A DNA stretch of 64,000 nt from Octopus bimaculoides (GCF_001194135.2 NC_068986.1:73971048-74035047), one strand, 5' to 3'; numbered from the stretch's first letter, positions 12,256-26,942 are shown. Numbers and translations are program-made. Notes: a model not told the origin generated them from the sequence alone.

Positions 12256-13019
12256 CACTAGCCACAGCTACAATTTCACAAAGCTTGATGTGTCTTCTCA
12301 AGCACAGCAAAAATAACCGTATTCTTTCTAAGATAATTTCATGTAAGTGTTTATGGCTTGTTCTAAACATCATCAGCAAAACACCTGTTCCTGTTCTACT
12401 ATCATACTTTAACCTTTCTCATCACCTGGCATAAAGCCACTTCCATCAACATTACTCCTATCTAAGTAAAAGGGTCTTACCTTGCAAGTTACCTGGTGAT
12501 GTCACTAGTGTTGGTGCCACCTAAACAGCACCCTGTACACTCTGTAAAGTGGTTTCTATTAAGAAGGGCATTACAACATAGAAACCATGCAAAAACAGAT
12601 ATTAAAGCACGGTGCAGTCCTGTGGCTTGTTGGTTCATGTCAAACCATCCAATTCATGCCAGCATGGAAAACAGACATTAAATGATGATGATGAATGATG
12701 GATGATGATTTTGCTTAATCTTCCCAAATTCTTGATTATTTTGAAATGTAACGAAACACACAGGTAGTATATTTAATTGAAAATAGAATTCAGAAATGAT
12801 TAAAGGTTACAGATTATTTGAACAGAAATAAGCCATGTTTTCAGTGAAGCTATTCACCAAATTATTGGAAAATATAGATTTATATGTAGATCTATTGTCA
12901 TGTTGTGTTGGCTAACAATTAAAGAATTTCTAAAAATATGATGAACGAGATGCTGCAAGATTCAGACAAAAGACAACTAGATAAGGGGATTACTGTGACA
13001 TTTCTGTCTTGTATCTGAA

Positions 13020-13255
13020 GACTCATGTAGCCAGTTAAACATTTTCCATGGCATATAAGTAACCAAGATCACAACATTGCCCTTGAATAAGATTCCAGTC
13101 CATCACAGGATTACCCATAAACAGCTGAGTGAACTGGAGAAATGTAAAATGAAGTGTTTTGCTCAAGAACACAATACATTGCCCAGTTTGGGAATTGAAG
13201 CGATGGTCTTGGGATTAAGAGTGCAACATTCTAACCACTAGGCCCTACACTTTCA
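13020..13255 (-). mobile_element. tRNA-derived SINE with a central ttcttgagcaaaacacttcatt domain
   Basis: The reverse complement begins gtgtagggcctagtggttagaatgttgcactc...gcttcaattccc (A/B-box-like). Related copies lie at about 39520-39720 and 58800-59050. Confidence 0.6.
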
Positions 13256-13557
13256 CAAGAGAAATTTAAGGGTTCATTTATTAGTTTTAGTTATTTACTA
13301 ATTTTAGATAGAGAAGAAGGGGTTAGCTATTTATAATGTTTGATATAAGCTTCATAATGTTCAATGACATTCTTTAGGAGTATGTGTTAAATTTCGTTTG
13401 ATGACGATATGAAAATTGTCATTTCTGCATTTTATAACATGCATATAATACATCATCATCACCACCAACACCACAATACCACTACTAGCAGCACTATTAC
13501 CACCAATACTACTACTAGCAGCACTATTACCACCAATACCACCACCATCATATCACA

Positions 13558-13815
13558 CCTGCCACTAACACCCCCACCACCAACAATACCACCTCACACA
13601 CTAACACCACTACCACCAGTAACATAACTGCAACACATAAATCATAAATACAGAAATCCTAATGTACAAATGTGAGAGGGGAAATGAACCAAAGTTGATC
13701 ATTATCATTCTAATTAAGTTCTTTAATGATTTCTTAATGAGACTTTAACTAATTAGTGCAGCAGAAAAAGAACTTATAATTTTGATAGAAGTAAGAATAT
13801 TAATCTCTCTGAACT

Positions 13816-13870
<55 letters not shown>

Positions 13871-14977
13871 CAGATTCATTATGTCATTTCGAAGTTTTTA
13901 CAAAGCATGTGTATGTGTGTGTTAATATCTATATTAACTTCTAGCAGCGTGGGAGGCCGATGGAAAATAAGGTTCACTTTACAAAATCCATTGTTATAGC
14001 AACATTTTCAGGAATTTCCGTGATGTTAGGGGTGCTCACACACACACACACACACACACATGCACGACGAGCTTGATTTATAGTTTCTGTCTACCAAATC
14101 CATTTCACTAGGCTTTGGAACTACAGNNNNNNNNNNNNNNNNNNNNNNNNNNNNNNNNNNNNNNNNNNNNNNNNNNNNNNNNNNNNNNNNNNNNNNNNNN
14201 NNNNNNNNNNNNNNNNNNNNNNNNNNNNNNNNNNNNNNNNNNNNNNNNNNNNNNNNNNNNNNNNNNNNNNNNNNNNNNNNNNNNNNNNNNNNNNNNNNNN
14301 NNNNNNNNNNNNNNNNNNNNNNNNNNNNNNNNNNNNNNNNNNNNNNNNNNNNNNNNNNNNNNNNNNNNNNNNNNNNNNNNNNNNNNNNNNNNNNNNNNNN
14401 NNNNNNNNNNNNNNNNNNNNNNNNNNNNNNNNNNNNNNNNNNNNNNNNNNNNNNNNNNNNNNNNNNNNNNNNNNNNNNNNNNNNNNNNNNNNNNNNNNNN
14501 NNNNNNNNNNNNNNNNNNNNNNNNNNNNNNNNNNNNNNNNNNNNNNNNNNNNNNNNNNNNNNNNNNNNNNNNNNNNNNNNNNNNNNNNNNNNNNNNNNNN
14601 NNNNNNNNNNNNNNNNNNNNNNNNNNNNNNNNNNNNNNNNNNNNNNNNNNNNNNNNNNNNNNNNNNNNNNNNNNNNNNNNNNNNNNNNNNNNNNNNCCTG
14701 CCACTAACACCCCCACCACCAACAATACCACCTCACACACTAACACCACTACCACCAGTAACATAACTGCAACACATAAATCATAAATACAGAAATCCTA
14801 ATGTACAAATGTGAGAGGGGAAATGAACCAAAGTTGATCATTATCATTCTAATTAAGTTCTTTAATGATTTCTTAATGAGACTTTAACTAATTAGTGCAG
14901 CAGAAAAAGAACTTATAATTTTGATAGAAGTAAGAATATTAATCTCTCTGAACTTATATATATACACACACACACAC
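13558..14977. repeat. Identical 280-bp direct duplication (13558-13838 and 14697-14977) bracketing an N gap
   Basis: cctgccactaacaccccc...gaacttatatatatacacac occurs twice at an offset of 1139. The second copy starts exactly at the gap edge. Confidence 0.85.
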
Positions 14978-16782
14978 ATATATATACACTCATATGTCCA
15001 CATTTATACATATGCACATACGTACCCACGCATATACAAATATACACATATGTGTGCATGTCTCCATATACACATATGTATCTATTTATATATACACATG
15101 CATAAATAGAAATAGACTCATACACATAGCTATACATCTACGCCTATTACCTAATAAAATAAACAGATACGCATATACATATACATACATGTATACATAC
15201 GTAAACACACACATGCTCATACGTATTTATACATGTATTTGTGCGTGTGTACATACGTATATCATTGCTATTATGTTAAACTGTCATATGTCATTTGGCC
15301 AAGTGCATTTTTTTCAATATTTATTTTTGATTGCAATAGCCAGTTCTTTTGGTCAAACTATCGTATCTTCAGCTACTTCGGATGCCAAGATATCAAAAAT
15401 TGCCAGTGTTACAATGGTTTTGCTATGGAATGGTGAAACTATTTTTTCCATTTTCTGAGAAAGCAACGTTTTGGACTTACAACACTTTTGCATAATAACA
15501 AAAATATATGTGTGTGTGTGTGTGTGTGTATTGTATGTATATGCATACATGCTTATATATCCATATATATATTATATATACACATACATGTACATATATG
15601 TATTGCACACATATATATTATATGTATATGCATATATATACATATATTCATTCATTTACTTTACATCTATTTTTCTATAGTAACATGAGTTAGTTGAATA
15701 TATTATTAAAGCAGTATTTTACAGATAGATGTCTTTCCTGTTGCTACCCTTTATCTTTCAAAATGAGCAGGTTCAAATGCTGCTTCTAGCTCACACCTTT
15801 TGTAGAGTGCAAATATTAATGAATACACACACACACATACACACACACACACACACATATATGTATGTATATACATGTATTTGTCATTATCGTTTTGATG
15901 TCTATTTTTGCATGCTTGCATGAGTCAGACAAGAGTGTGTTGAGGCCGAGATTTTCTGTAGCCAGATGCCCATCCTACTGCCAACCTGAGGTAATAATAT
16001 TCTCCAAATTTCTCAAACAACAAACAACCTGGACATATTTTATGCAGAGACCTAGAAACAAGCAACATCATTTAATAAACCTTTTGCTTACAAAGATCAC
16101 TCAGTGTGTTAAAGCATGTCAACAGCTCTGGTTATCTTTTGCAGTTGACACTAGATGGAACTAACGAATGTGTTTACTGTGTACAAGGCATCCACCTACT
16201 GTGCTAGTGCTACAATGAAACCAGCTGCATCACCTCAACAAGTGAATGATGTACAAGGTCACCTCTCTGAGGTTGGTGCCACAAAAGCGCACCCAATATA
16301 CAGTGTGGTGTAATTGGCAAATGAGTGGAGAAAGTGTAAGATTGTGAGTTTCTTTTTAATCCCACCTTGCTGATAGCTATTCAATTTCTCTAGTATTGAT
16401 ACATCCAGTACACTCTGCAAAGCGATTGGTGATAGGGAAAGCATCTGGCAGTAGAAACCAAACCAAATAACTCATTTAAGCACCAGTCTTTAGGAGCAGT
16501 AGATTCTAGTAAGAAATGATATGGACTGTGATGAGTTACCTAACTCATGAAAAGCAGATGCTAAATGATTATGATAACATGTTTGCCTGTCTATGTGTGT
16601 GTGTGTGTGTCTATGTGTATGTATGTATGAATGTATGTATGTATGTATGTATGTATGTATGTATGTCCCTCTCTTTATCTGTCTGTCTGCCTGCCTGTCT
16701 ATCTGTGTGTATGTATACACACATTCATTTTTCTATGACATTATGTGACCAGATGATGTTTTGCAACATATAAATATATGTA

Positions 16783-16823
<41 letters not shown>

Positions 16824-17667
16824 ATAGAAAAGATAGACAAACAGATATATTGTAATAGAAATAGATGAAGAGGTGCAAATTATTTCACCCTATCAGTGTA
16901 TTATTCTCAGTTGATATTTATCAGAAACTGTTGGTATATATACAATGATGCCAATATACGTCTCAATAAGTCAATCCATTATCAATACCCCACTGCATCC
17001 ACTTCATCCCTAACCCCTCTTGAACCACAACGGGGAGTCTTGAGATATTAAATTAAAATCTAGTTAATTATGTCAGTTCAATTGCTACCTCCTCCTTTTT
17101 CTCTTCCTTCTATCTACTCCTCCAATTATAACTTTCCCTTCTCCATTTTCTGAATATGAGCAGGAGAACTTTTAGCCTGAAGGATTTGGAATCAATTTTG
17201 ATTTCTTTGTGTTTAATTAATGTTGAAATGCCATCATCTTATGTTAGAGAAAACTGTGTGCTACTTCACAGAAGTGTTCTTGGAGTGAATATTGGTAAAA
17301 TTATAGTCGGGTTTTTATTGATATGGTAGGAAGACAGGTGGAATAAGATTAGATCAAGAAGAGCTGAACAGTAATTTTACTCTACTTTATTTCCATGTTT
17401 TTCGTTAATTTTGTTCTCTCACAAATATTCAGAGTTTATGAAATTGTTTTCATTGAAATATGGTCAGGTGGCACAAATGGGAAAGTACTCAAATATTTCA
17501 GTATATTTATTTATCCTTTCTATGACCTGAATTCAAATCTTAATAGATTTTAATTCACTTTTGATGCTTCCAACATCATTAAAAAAAGTGGTAGTTATAC
17601 TCTAGGAGTTATAAAAAAAATTATCTTCTTACTCAAGCTTCTGTCTGTCTGTCAGTTTCGCTCTCTG

Positions 17668-17701
<34 letters not shown>

Positions 17702-18969
17702 TTGGGTCATCCCATAAATAATGCAGTTTTTTCAATTGCATGAACTAAAAGTCAGAGTTTGCGGGGACAGGATAAACTACCTGCATCAACTTGCTATAAA
17801 AACAGGTAGTAATTTTACCTTGTCCTTATTGTTAGTGCAAGTTTTGAAGAGTGTAGTTCGATTTTAACAGTTATTTTTTCAAAGCTATAATGGAAGTAAC
17901 AAAGGAGCATATTCGGCATATTTTGCTTTATGAGTTCAATAAAGACAACAACACAATAGGAAGTGCAAGGAATATTAATGCAATATATGGGGATCTAACA
18001 ATAAATGTAAGTCAGTGCCAACAGTGGTTACAGAAATTCCAAGCTGGAAACTACAGCCTAGAAGATGAGCCTTGTCCTGGAAAATTTGTAGAGCTCAACA
18101 AAGATGTCCTGCAAACCCTGGTGGAACAAAATCCCATCATAACTGTTGAGGAACTAGCAGAGAAGCTTGGATTTGGTCATTCAACCATTAATGGACACCT
18201 GCATGCCATCAGAAAAGTCAGCAAATTAAGTCAATGTGTTCCTCACAAACTTTCTGAGTCTAATCACATGCAGAGAGTGAATGTGTGCTCTTCTTTTCAG
18301 CTACATCTCATGAATGAACCTTTTTTTGGACCGAATAGTGACTTGTAACAAGAAATGGGTTCTCTATAAAAATGTCAAGTGCTGATGACAGTGAGTAGGG
18401 AAAGATGAAACACTGGCATGTAAGGTGTTGCTTTCTGTTTGGTGGGATATGAAAGGTTTAGTCCACTCTGAACTTTTAAACCTAAACCAAGCAATAACAA
18501 AGATCTATTGCAAGCAGCTTGAGTGGCTAAAATCAGAAGAAAAATGAAGGAAAATGACCATGTTTGGTTTCAAGACGAAAAGTGTTCTTCCATCAGGATA
18601 ATGCTTAGCCACATACAGTGAGGATGACATTCCAAAGGCTAGAGCAGTTTCAATGGGAAACGATGCCCCATCCACCATATTTGCCAGGCATTGCCCCATC
18701 TGATTATCATTTATTCCATAGTCTTCAAAATCATTTGGATGGAAACAATATGAATTATGTAGATGAGGTCAGAAGAGTACTGGAGGAGTATTTTTCATCA
18801 CAGGCAAGTGAATTTTGGAAGAGGGGCCTTACATATCTATGAGATAGATGGAAAAGCATTGTAGAAAATGAAGGAAAGTATAGTTTAGATTAAAAAAGAC
18901 CTCTGTTTATCTTAATTTTGAAAAATAAAAGAAGTATAAAAAAACTGCATTATTTATGAGATGACCCAA
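17702..18969 (+). mobile_element. Full-length inactive mariner (DD34D) DNA transposon
   Basis: 31-bp TIRs ttgggtcatc(c/t)cataaataatgcagtttttt with 1 mismatch, and TA on both flanks. The transposase runs from 17890 to about 18893 with CVPHKL (WVPHEL), IVTCNKKW, HQDNA and HPPYLPGIAPSDYHLF; 34 residues separate D2 and D3. It has several stops and frameshifts. Confidence 0.95.
17890..18893 (+). pseudogene. Mariner transposase pseudogene
   Basis: ORF-track pieces 17890-18348 and 18618-18842 are collinear parts of one transposase. The first catalytic D appears as N, and there are in-frame stops. Confidence 0.9.
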
Positions 18970-20564
18970 TATATATGTATATATATATAGTCAGTTAATA
19001 AAAGAACATACATCAGAAAGAAGCACACTCTAAAGAATAGAGCGGTAATTATTACAACAAAAATTTTATATGTTGGGCATAGAATTACCCAAGGTTTCGC
19101 ATCCACAAAGCAAAGCCTTGTGGACAGCTTGTCAGACTCTATATAGATACAAAATTTATAATACCTACATCACAGATGTGAGGAAATGCTCAGAATTCGA
19201 GGAATACATCTTAACAAAAAAATGTTAATGGTGTATATGTGCACATGCATGTAAATTCAATTTCCAGTTTGGTATTAAACATAATTTGTCTTCAGATTTC
19301 ATTTGGTATTATATAAATTTGAGTAGATTACATAGTGTATATTCAAAAGCAGAATCAAGCTGGAGATACAGTTACATTTTTTTTATATTATAACATTATA
19401 AATCATATAATATTTACACATGTTTCACTTGCCCCATACTAATATGCTATGCAATAATTGTTACATAGACAGTTGCATAATGACCTTATGTCACCAGATC
19501 ATCAGAAGAAAATAATAATGTAAACCATTGTTGGCTATCAATATCAGTTGGTATGCAGATCCAAGCTGGATTATTGCATGGCATACTAATATACACAAGT
19601 GTATGGTATTCACAAGTGAAACATGTAATTATGATGTTATAATAAAAAATCTTTGCAACCAAATTTCTAGCTTTAGTTTATATGTGGATATATATTATAT
19701 GTGTGATTATATATCTCTGTGTTTTGCTAACATTTGCCACTCCATCTACCAACAAATTCATTCACATCACACTTTCAAAGATGTGTGAAATACATGATCC
19801 CCTACTTGAAAAGGGTTAGCAACAGGTAGGATATGCTACTGTATAGTAATCATTCAGTAATATATTTGTCTAATTCATGCTAACATGGAAAAGCAAGCAT
19901 AAAATGAAGGAAAAAATCATCTTGGCCATAAATGATTGTGGCAGTGATGCTGATAGTAAGGGTGATGCTGGGGATGATGAGGATGCTGGTGGTGGTGAAG
20001 AAATGTCCAATTGCGCTCTCTCTCTAATGTTTCATGTTTTTCCTATAATGTTTGAAACCTTTTTCTTTTCTTTGTAACTTTCGTTTAAAAATCTACAAAT
20101 AATAAGTGAAGATCAAAACATGAAAGTTTTGTGTTGTGATTGGAATCATTTCCATTTTCTTTGATGTTGAAACTTTACAGATCTACTTACTTGGCATTTC
20201 TTAATGAAATTCTGTTTCCTAATTGCAAATGCTTTTAAGAAATTGCAATTTTTAGACATGTTTTAACTAAAATGGTTACAAATGTTAAACTGGTGGACTG
20301 CCATCTTGGAACTGGATGGTGTGTGGCTAGGGATGAGCAATGTATTAGCTAATGTGTATATGGTGCATATGTATGTGTTTATAGGTGTGTGTGTGTGAGA
20401 GAGAGAGAGATAGAGAGAGAGAAGAATTGATCTGCTGTCATCTATGAAAGACTGCTTCAGAAATTTCTAAGTATGGATTTAAGAATAAAGACAAAGCTGA
20501 ATAATAAAATGAACTATCAATACTGTTGTTGTTTAACACAGGGTACACTTTAAATTAGCAAGCA

Positions 20565-20751
20565 AGGCTATGTGGTTAAGATGCTAGCTTACCAACCAGA
20601 TGGTTTTGAGTTCAGTCTCATTGTGTGGTGTCTTGGGCAAGTGTCTTTTTTTAAAATTTATTTTTCATTTTAAAGCCCCGAGCTGATCTATGTCTTGTGA
20701 GTGGATTTGGCAGACAGAAACTGTGTGGAAGCCCATTGTGTATGTATGTAT

Positions 20752-20793
<42 letters not shown>

Positions 20794-20803
20794 NNNNNNN
20801 NNN

Positions 20804-20841
<38 letters not shown>

Positions 20842-21100
20842 CATACGTACATATATACATACATACATATATATGCATATATAGATTTCAAATTTTGGCA
20901 TATGGCCAACAATTTCAGAGGAAGGAGATTAGTTGATTATGTTAAACCCAGCACTTAACTGCTATTTATTTTAGCGATGCTGAAAGGATGAAAGGCAAAA
21001 TTGATCCCAGTAGAATTTGAACTCAGAATGTAAAGACAGACAAAATGCTGCTAAGCATTTTTCCCATCATACTAACAATTCTGCCAGCTTGCTGCCTTAA
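20565..21100. mobile_element. SINE family A head (+, about 20565-20740) and SINE family B (-, about 20885-21100), separated by (TA)n/(GA)n and a short gap
   Basis: ggctatgtggttaagatgctagcttaccaaccagatgg...gtggatttggcagacagaaactg, then gaaaggatgaaaggcaaaattg...tctgccagcttgctgcctt. Confidence 0.7.
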
Positions 21101-21127
21101 TATACATACATACATACATACATACAT

Positions 21128-21177
<50 letters not shown>

Positions 21178-21749
21178 GTCTGTCTATCTGTCTTGTCATA
21201 AATGCATATTAAAATATATTTTACTTTGTGCAAGCGGCTCAAACTTGGGAGAAACTCTGAGTAGACTGTCAACCTTTGATATAATAAGCACGTGCACACA
21301 CATACAAGCATATATGTACGTGCACACACACACACACACACACACACAAATATACATACACACTCACACACACACACACAAATACAAACTCTTCTCAGGT
21401 GGTGTGTGGGCGCGTGTGTGTATTATCATCTCATTTAAAGAAACCAGGAAAATATACTGAAGCAATAAACGGCATTGTAGTAAGAAAGAACATGCCAGCC
21501 TAATATCCATGCTGACACCGTTCCAACATTTCTACACTATTGTTGCAAAAGTTCTAACTAAGGTCCATAGTAGATAGTAGCAAGAGCACCCAGCTGTGAA
21601 ATATCTCTTCCTGGCAAACATCTCTCTCTCACCTTTAGTTGATGCTGGACCTAATAAAATGACATGGAACCAAAGGATTTTAACGATATCGGTGTAATTA
21701 ATAATGACTACAAGCATCAACTGAATCAGTGGTAGCAAATATATATATA

Positions 21750-21786
<37 letters not shown>

Positions 21787-22074
21787 TCATATTGCCATAC
21801 ATATGTACATATACACATTTAGGCATGCCCATCTTTGTGTATTATAGTTAATTTATTTCTATTACCAATTTTTTTCTTCATCTTCTTTTTCTTCTTCTTC
21901 ATAGAACTCTTACCAAACATTATTGTTGTCTCTGCTATTCGGGAGTCTTATTTTTATTACATACTTCCACTGTGCATCCAAGCACAACTTTCCATATCTT
22001 GGGTGTATGCAATAGTTGTACTATTATCATTATTATTATTATTATTATTATCATTATTATTATTATTATTACTA

Positions 22075-22111
<37 letters not shown>

Positions 22112-23409
22112 AATGTAAGTCTTGACTGCTGGAAAAATGAAAATAAGTTTTTATTTCCATCAAGTTTGTGCATATAAAAAGAGCTTTATCATTGTTGAAT
22201 ATTAAGATGATGATTATGATGATGTCAGTAGCAGAAGCAATAGCAGCAGCAGTGGTGGTGGCGATGGCAGTAGTAGTAGTAGTAGTAGTAGTAATAATAA
22301 TAACATAAATCTTATGAATGAATTGAAGATGTTTGTATCACAATGAAATATCATTATACAATTCCATCAACTTTGAATTTCTGTCCGAAAAGTGTTTGTG
22401 AAAAGATTCCTCTGATATGGAAATTTGCCAAATAATTAAAGAAGTGAAATGTCTCCAGGGAGAAATCAGTGAGATTCTGCAGTTCCAAAGTAGTGGAATG
22501 GTGTTCTTCAAGCTTGTGTTTTAGTTATTCATAAAGCTGACATGACTACAGGGGATCTAAAGGGCTTTGTTCTCACCAGTTGCTCTGGTGAATCTGCAGA
22601 ACGGTTGCTGCCAATGGTGGTGGTTGTGGTGGTGGTGGTGGTAGTGGTTGTATTGCTGCTGCTGCTGCCTGGAGTTGCATTGGTAGAGATGGGGGAATCA
22701 GGGTGTTTTGCTCATTGCTTGTTTTAATGGAAAATTTAAATTGCTTCTCTGTGCCTTGGTTACGGCTTGAAGTAAAGAGTAGCTTTTTTTTTTATTTGAA
22801 GTGGAAGCCTGCACAGTTTTTGTGTTTCATGTTGGGAGACAGTAACCGATAGAAAACTCAGAAGAGGGAATAAACTCTATGACTACCATCTTGATTTACT
22901 TGGCAGCAGTTTATTCAAAGAAAACTAGAGAACAACTAATGCTCAATTATTATTGGGAGAATTTGAACCTGATTCAGTTATCTATCCGAAAGTTTTATAT
23001 CACAGACTAATCCCATTATTTGTGCTGTTTACAGCTGAGTTGACTGAGGTGGTGATATTTTGGTGTTTTGTCTGCAAACAGTTAAAGGAAAGGTAACTTA
23101 TCCGTTCATCCAGACTGTTATCTTTAACTTTTACTTGTTTTAGACGTTGAACTGTGACCATGCTAGAGCACCGACTTGAAGGGTTTTGCTTGAAAAACAT
23201 CAAAACTGGTACTTGTTTTAAAGTCTGGTTTTTGTTTTAAAGTACTTGTTTTGAAGTCTGTTTTAAAGTCAGTTGCTTTTGCCAAATTAGTAAATTACAA
23301 GGATGTAAACAAACCAACATTGGTTGTCAAATGGTGTAGGGGGAGGACAAACACAGACTGAAAGACACTCAAACACACATACATGCACAAACACACACAC
23401 ACACACGAC

Positions 23410-23995
23410 TTGGTTAGGCATGATGGGAAAGCAGAAATTTAAAGAACTTATAAATATGTTATTATCATATATTATGAAGTATTCTGGGTAATAATGTATG
23501 ATAAAAGAGAAATTAGAATGCAAAAGTTACTATTCATCATACCCTGATTTATGAAACCTTATGAAGGTTGAATGAAATTTGTGAGTACATGAATGAATCA
23601 TATCGGAAAATTTATTTAATATACCCAAATTATACAATCGAAGAATAATGTAAGATTCCTTAATGCACAAATTGCATTTATCCATAACGGCATTATAGGA
23701 GAAGGAATTCACTGTTATAGACCACGATATTTTGAAATTAATATTACTATCTCTTAGATAATGTATATAGTAGGCGAGAGTTGTTGAATTTTTATATTTA
23801 ATATTAGTAAAAGAATTTAAATGAGTTCTAGACCACTTTTTGAAGTTTATATAAGTTCTAGCATGGTATTTATCTGATATTACAGTGCATTTATATACCA
23901 CATTTTGCAGAGGGAACAATCCTGCCAGTGGACATGAATTAGTATCTCTACATTCACATATTTTCTCTGTTTTATGGTTGTTATTACCCTTATTT
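23410..23995 (-). mobile_element. Penelope-like element (PLE) GIY-YIG endonuclease and C-terminal fragment
   Basis: ORF 23530-24021 reads CECRDTNSCPL...VVYKCTV...THLNSF...STTLAYYIHYL...ISWSI...CNLCIKESYII...LNKFSDMIHSCTH. This is the typical PLE endonuclease tail with its conserved Cys/His pattern. The YIG segment appears to be deleted. Confidence 0.8.
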
Positions 23996-25929
23996 TTTGA
24001 GGATGGATTTACCAAATCCACTCATAAGGCTTTGGTTGACTCAAGGCAATAGTAGAAGACACTTGCCCAAAGCGCCATTTAGTGGGACTGAACCTGGTAC
24101 CATGTTCATTGGACCAGCAAACTTCTTACCACACAGCCATGCTTCTGCCTTTTTTTATTTTTTCCTTACATTTCTTATGTAAATACAAGGATAAAAATCT
24201 TAAGACATGCTCTTGATTTTTATTTTCGCATTAAGACACCCTTTAGAGATAATTATTCATGATGGTTTGTTGATGAAGTGGAGAAAAGTAAAAGAAAAAG
24301 ATTACTAATGGGAATTAGAATTACACATGTATGTATGTTTGTATGTATGTATGTATGTATATGTATGTAAGGGGTGAGCAAAAATCTGTTAATGAATGAC
24401 ATTGTGTATCTTAACATCAACTATACTGGTCAGTTATAACTGAGTGTAAATTTAAAAAGAAAAATTGTAACAAATTAAATGCTTAATTGAATTATTTGAA
24501 AGTTAATTCTGCATTGAGCACAGAGGTACTTATTTCACTGTCACTGATTAAGTGAATAAACTTGTGTATGGATAAAGACAAAAGCAAAATAATAGCATTA
24601 TCTTCTTTAATTTGATTTCCTTCAGCCAATTTACTGGAGAGATGATAAAGATTTTGATAATATAATGCAATGAAATGTTGTTATAAAAAACTATTACGAG
24701 TGAAAACTTCAGCCTTTTCCTTAGACTGATTTTGATACAGTTTAATGATGAGAAAATCATTGTTAATTAAATCTACTTTAATCCTTTAGATAAGCTGTTT
24801 AAGTTAGTATTATTGGAAGAGAGGTGTAGATTATAAACTACATACTGATATATTAATTACAGATAAAGTTTGTTATTTAAGACATGTGAAATTCTGCATG
24901 TGTAAATATACTAAGAAACATTGAACATATTTTTCTCAATTCTTCTTTCAATGTAATGTTTGAAGTCATTGATAAGTATTAGATTTAGCAGTTGCAAGAA
25001 CAACAACAATACTATTATTGTTAGTAGTAGCAATAGTAGTAGTGATAATATTCATAGTAATTGTAGTATTAATAGTGCTTATAGTAGTATTAATAATGGC
25101 AGAAATGCTAGTAGTTATTTGATGTAAACAATAATGATTTCTTTATTTACAGTGATAGTAGAAATGCACCATACACATACACACACGCACACACAAACAC
25201 ACACACACACACACACTAAAATGAACAGATATGAAGTTATAAATTTTCTCTTTAATTGTAAATTATATATTTTTTATCTCTTCCTTTATGATGGCATTTA
25301 TGGTTGTTGTTGTTTAGCCCTAGTCAACCTTCATCCAGGAGACCTATGGTGACAGACATTCCACCATGACCACCACCTTAAACAAGGACAAATTGGATTA
25401 AGTTCCTGCATGTATCGAAGAGAAACATATCTCCTTTATATTTCGCCCTAGTTATTTATGTGTGATGTAATCTTAGATGTAAGATGGTCAAAACTGGAAT
25501 GTGTTTGAAGAAAGGTTTCCTGGACTGAAGCTCACCCAGGGTCGGACAACAATAACTACTACTTGGTCACATAAAAAAGCACCTAACACACTCTGTAAAG
25601 TGGTTGGTATTAAGAAGGACATCCAGCTGTAGAAACCATGCCAAACAGACAAATGGAGCCTGGGCAACTCTCCAACTGGCCAGATCCTGTCAAGCTGCCC
25701 AACCGATGCCAGCATAGAAAATGGACATTAAATGATGATGATAGTGGTGGTGGTGGTGGCGGTAGCGGTGGCAGTGGCGGTGATGATGATGATGATGATG
25801 GTGGTGGTGACGGTGACGGTGACGATGATGATGGTGATATTTTTTAAGATAGACTCAATGAAATTCATGGTGTCAAATTGAATGGAATCATCTTCTGAAG
25901 TATTCTTTCACAACATGGGGCACGCATGA

Positions 25930-26080
25930 TTGTGTAGCTAAGAAGCTTGCTTTGTAACTCTGTGGTTTTGGGTTCAGTCCCAATGTGTGGTACTTTGAGA
26001 AAGTATCTTCTACTATGACCGTAGGCTGTCCAATGCCTTGTAAGTAAATTCCGTTGATGGAGATTGTGTAGAAGCCCATC

Positions 26081-26115
<35 letters not shown>

Positions 26116-26330
26116 AACATATAGATATAAATGTGTATGTATTTGTGTCTTTGTGTCCCTCCACTACATACATTGCTTGACAACTAGTGTTGGTTTGTTT
26201 ACATCCCCATAACTTAACACTTCAGCAAAAAGACTGATAAGATAAGTATGAAACTTGCAAAAAAGTACCGAGTTTGATTTGTTTGACTAACCCTTCATGG
26301 CTGCTGTCCAATGACTGAAATAAGTAATAG
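25930..26330 (+). mobile_element. SINE family A copy
   Basis: Contains tgtgtagctaagaagcttgc...gggttcagtcccaatgtgtgg...gactgaaataagtaa. Confidence 0.7.
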
Positions 26331-26888
26331 ATATATTAGTAATAGATAAAAGTAATAGATAAATAAGTAATAGATAAAATAAGTAATAAATAAAAGAGAA
26401 CACAAAGCATTCCACAAGATATCATTCTTCTCACTTTTTTTACCATTTCTTCATTGATTTTATTCTTGTAAAATAAACGTTAAAGCAGTGATTGAAGGAT
26501 GCAACACTCTAACAGGTTGTAGGTACTTGTGTTTTTGATTAACCTTAGGTATCTCTTGGAGTAGGCCTTTGATCAGAAGTATTTCCACCATGAACATCCA
26601 GTTTATTTCTTCACCACAGTATACCAAAGACCACATTATCTTATGTTTCCTCTTATTTTTTAAAACAATGGTATTGATTTGAAGGACATTAAGCTGTCAT
26701 ATCTAGCCTGTTTTAAGTGACCATTGTCCCAAGTGTCCCAAGGAATATATTTACATTGACTGGTATTTTACCTTTGGTGATAAAGTCTATCAATATTTCT
26801 GCTTCTCTGAAAGATTTCAGTTTAGAAAACCTTTGGGATTTTATATCATTATACAGAATGTTTGTGTAGGAAGTTGTAGATTTCTATT

Positions 26889-26942
<54 letters not shown>

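Noticed and set aside
14108-14786. Long ORFs spanning N runs (also 29991-30542, 35069-35752, 52410-53201, 56647-57864)
   Set aside because: These are artefacts of translating assembly gaps.
22540-22810. Possible coding exon (+ ORF 22542-22727; minus-strand poly-Pro/Ala or poly-Thr readings)
   Set aside because: Every frame is dominated by (GGT)n/(GCT)n repeats and closes within about 70 codons. There are no convincing splice sites and no recognisable homology.
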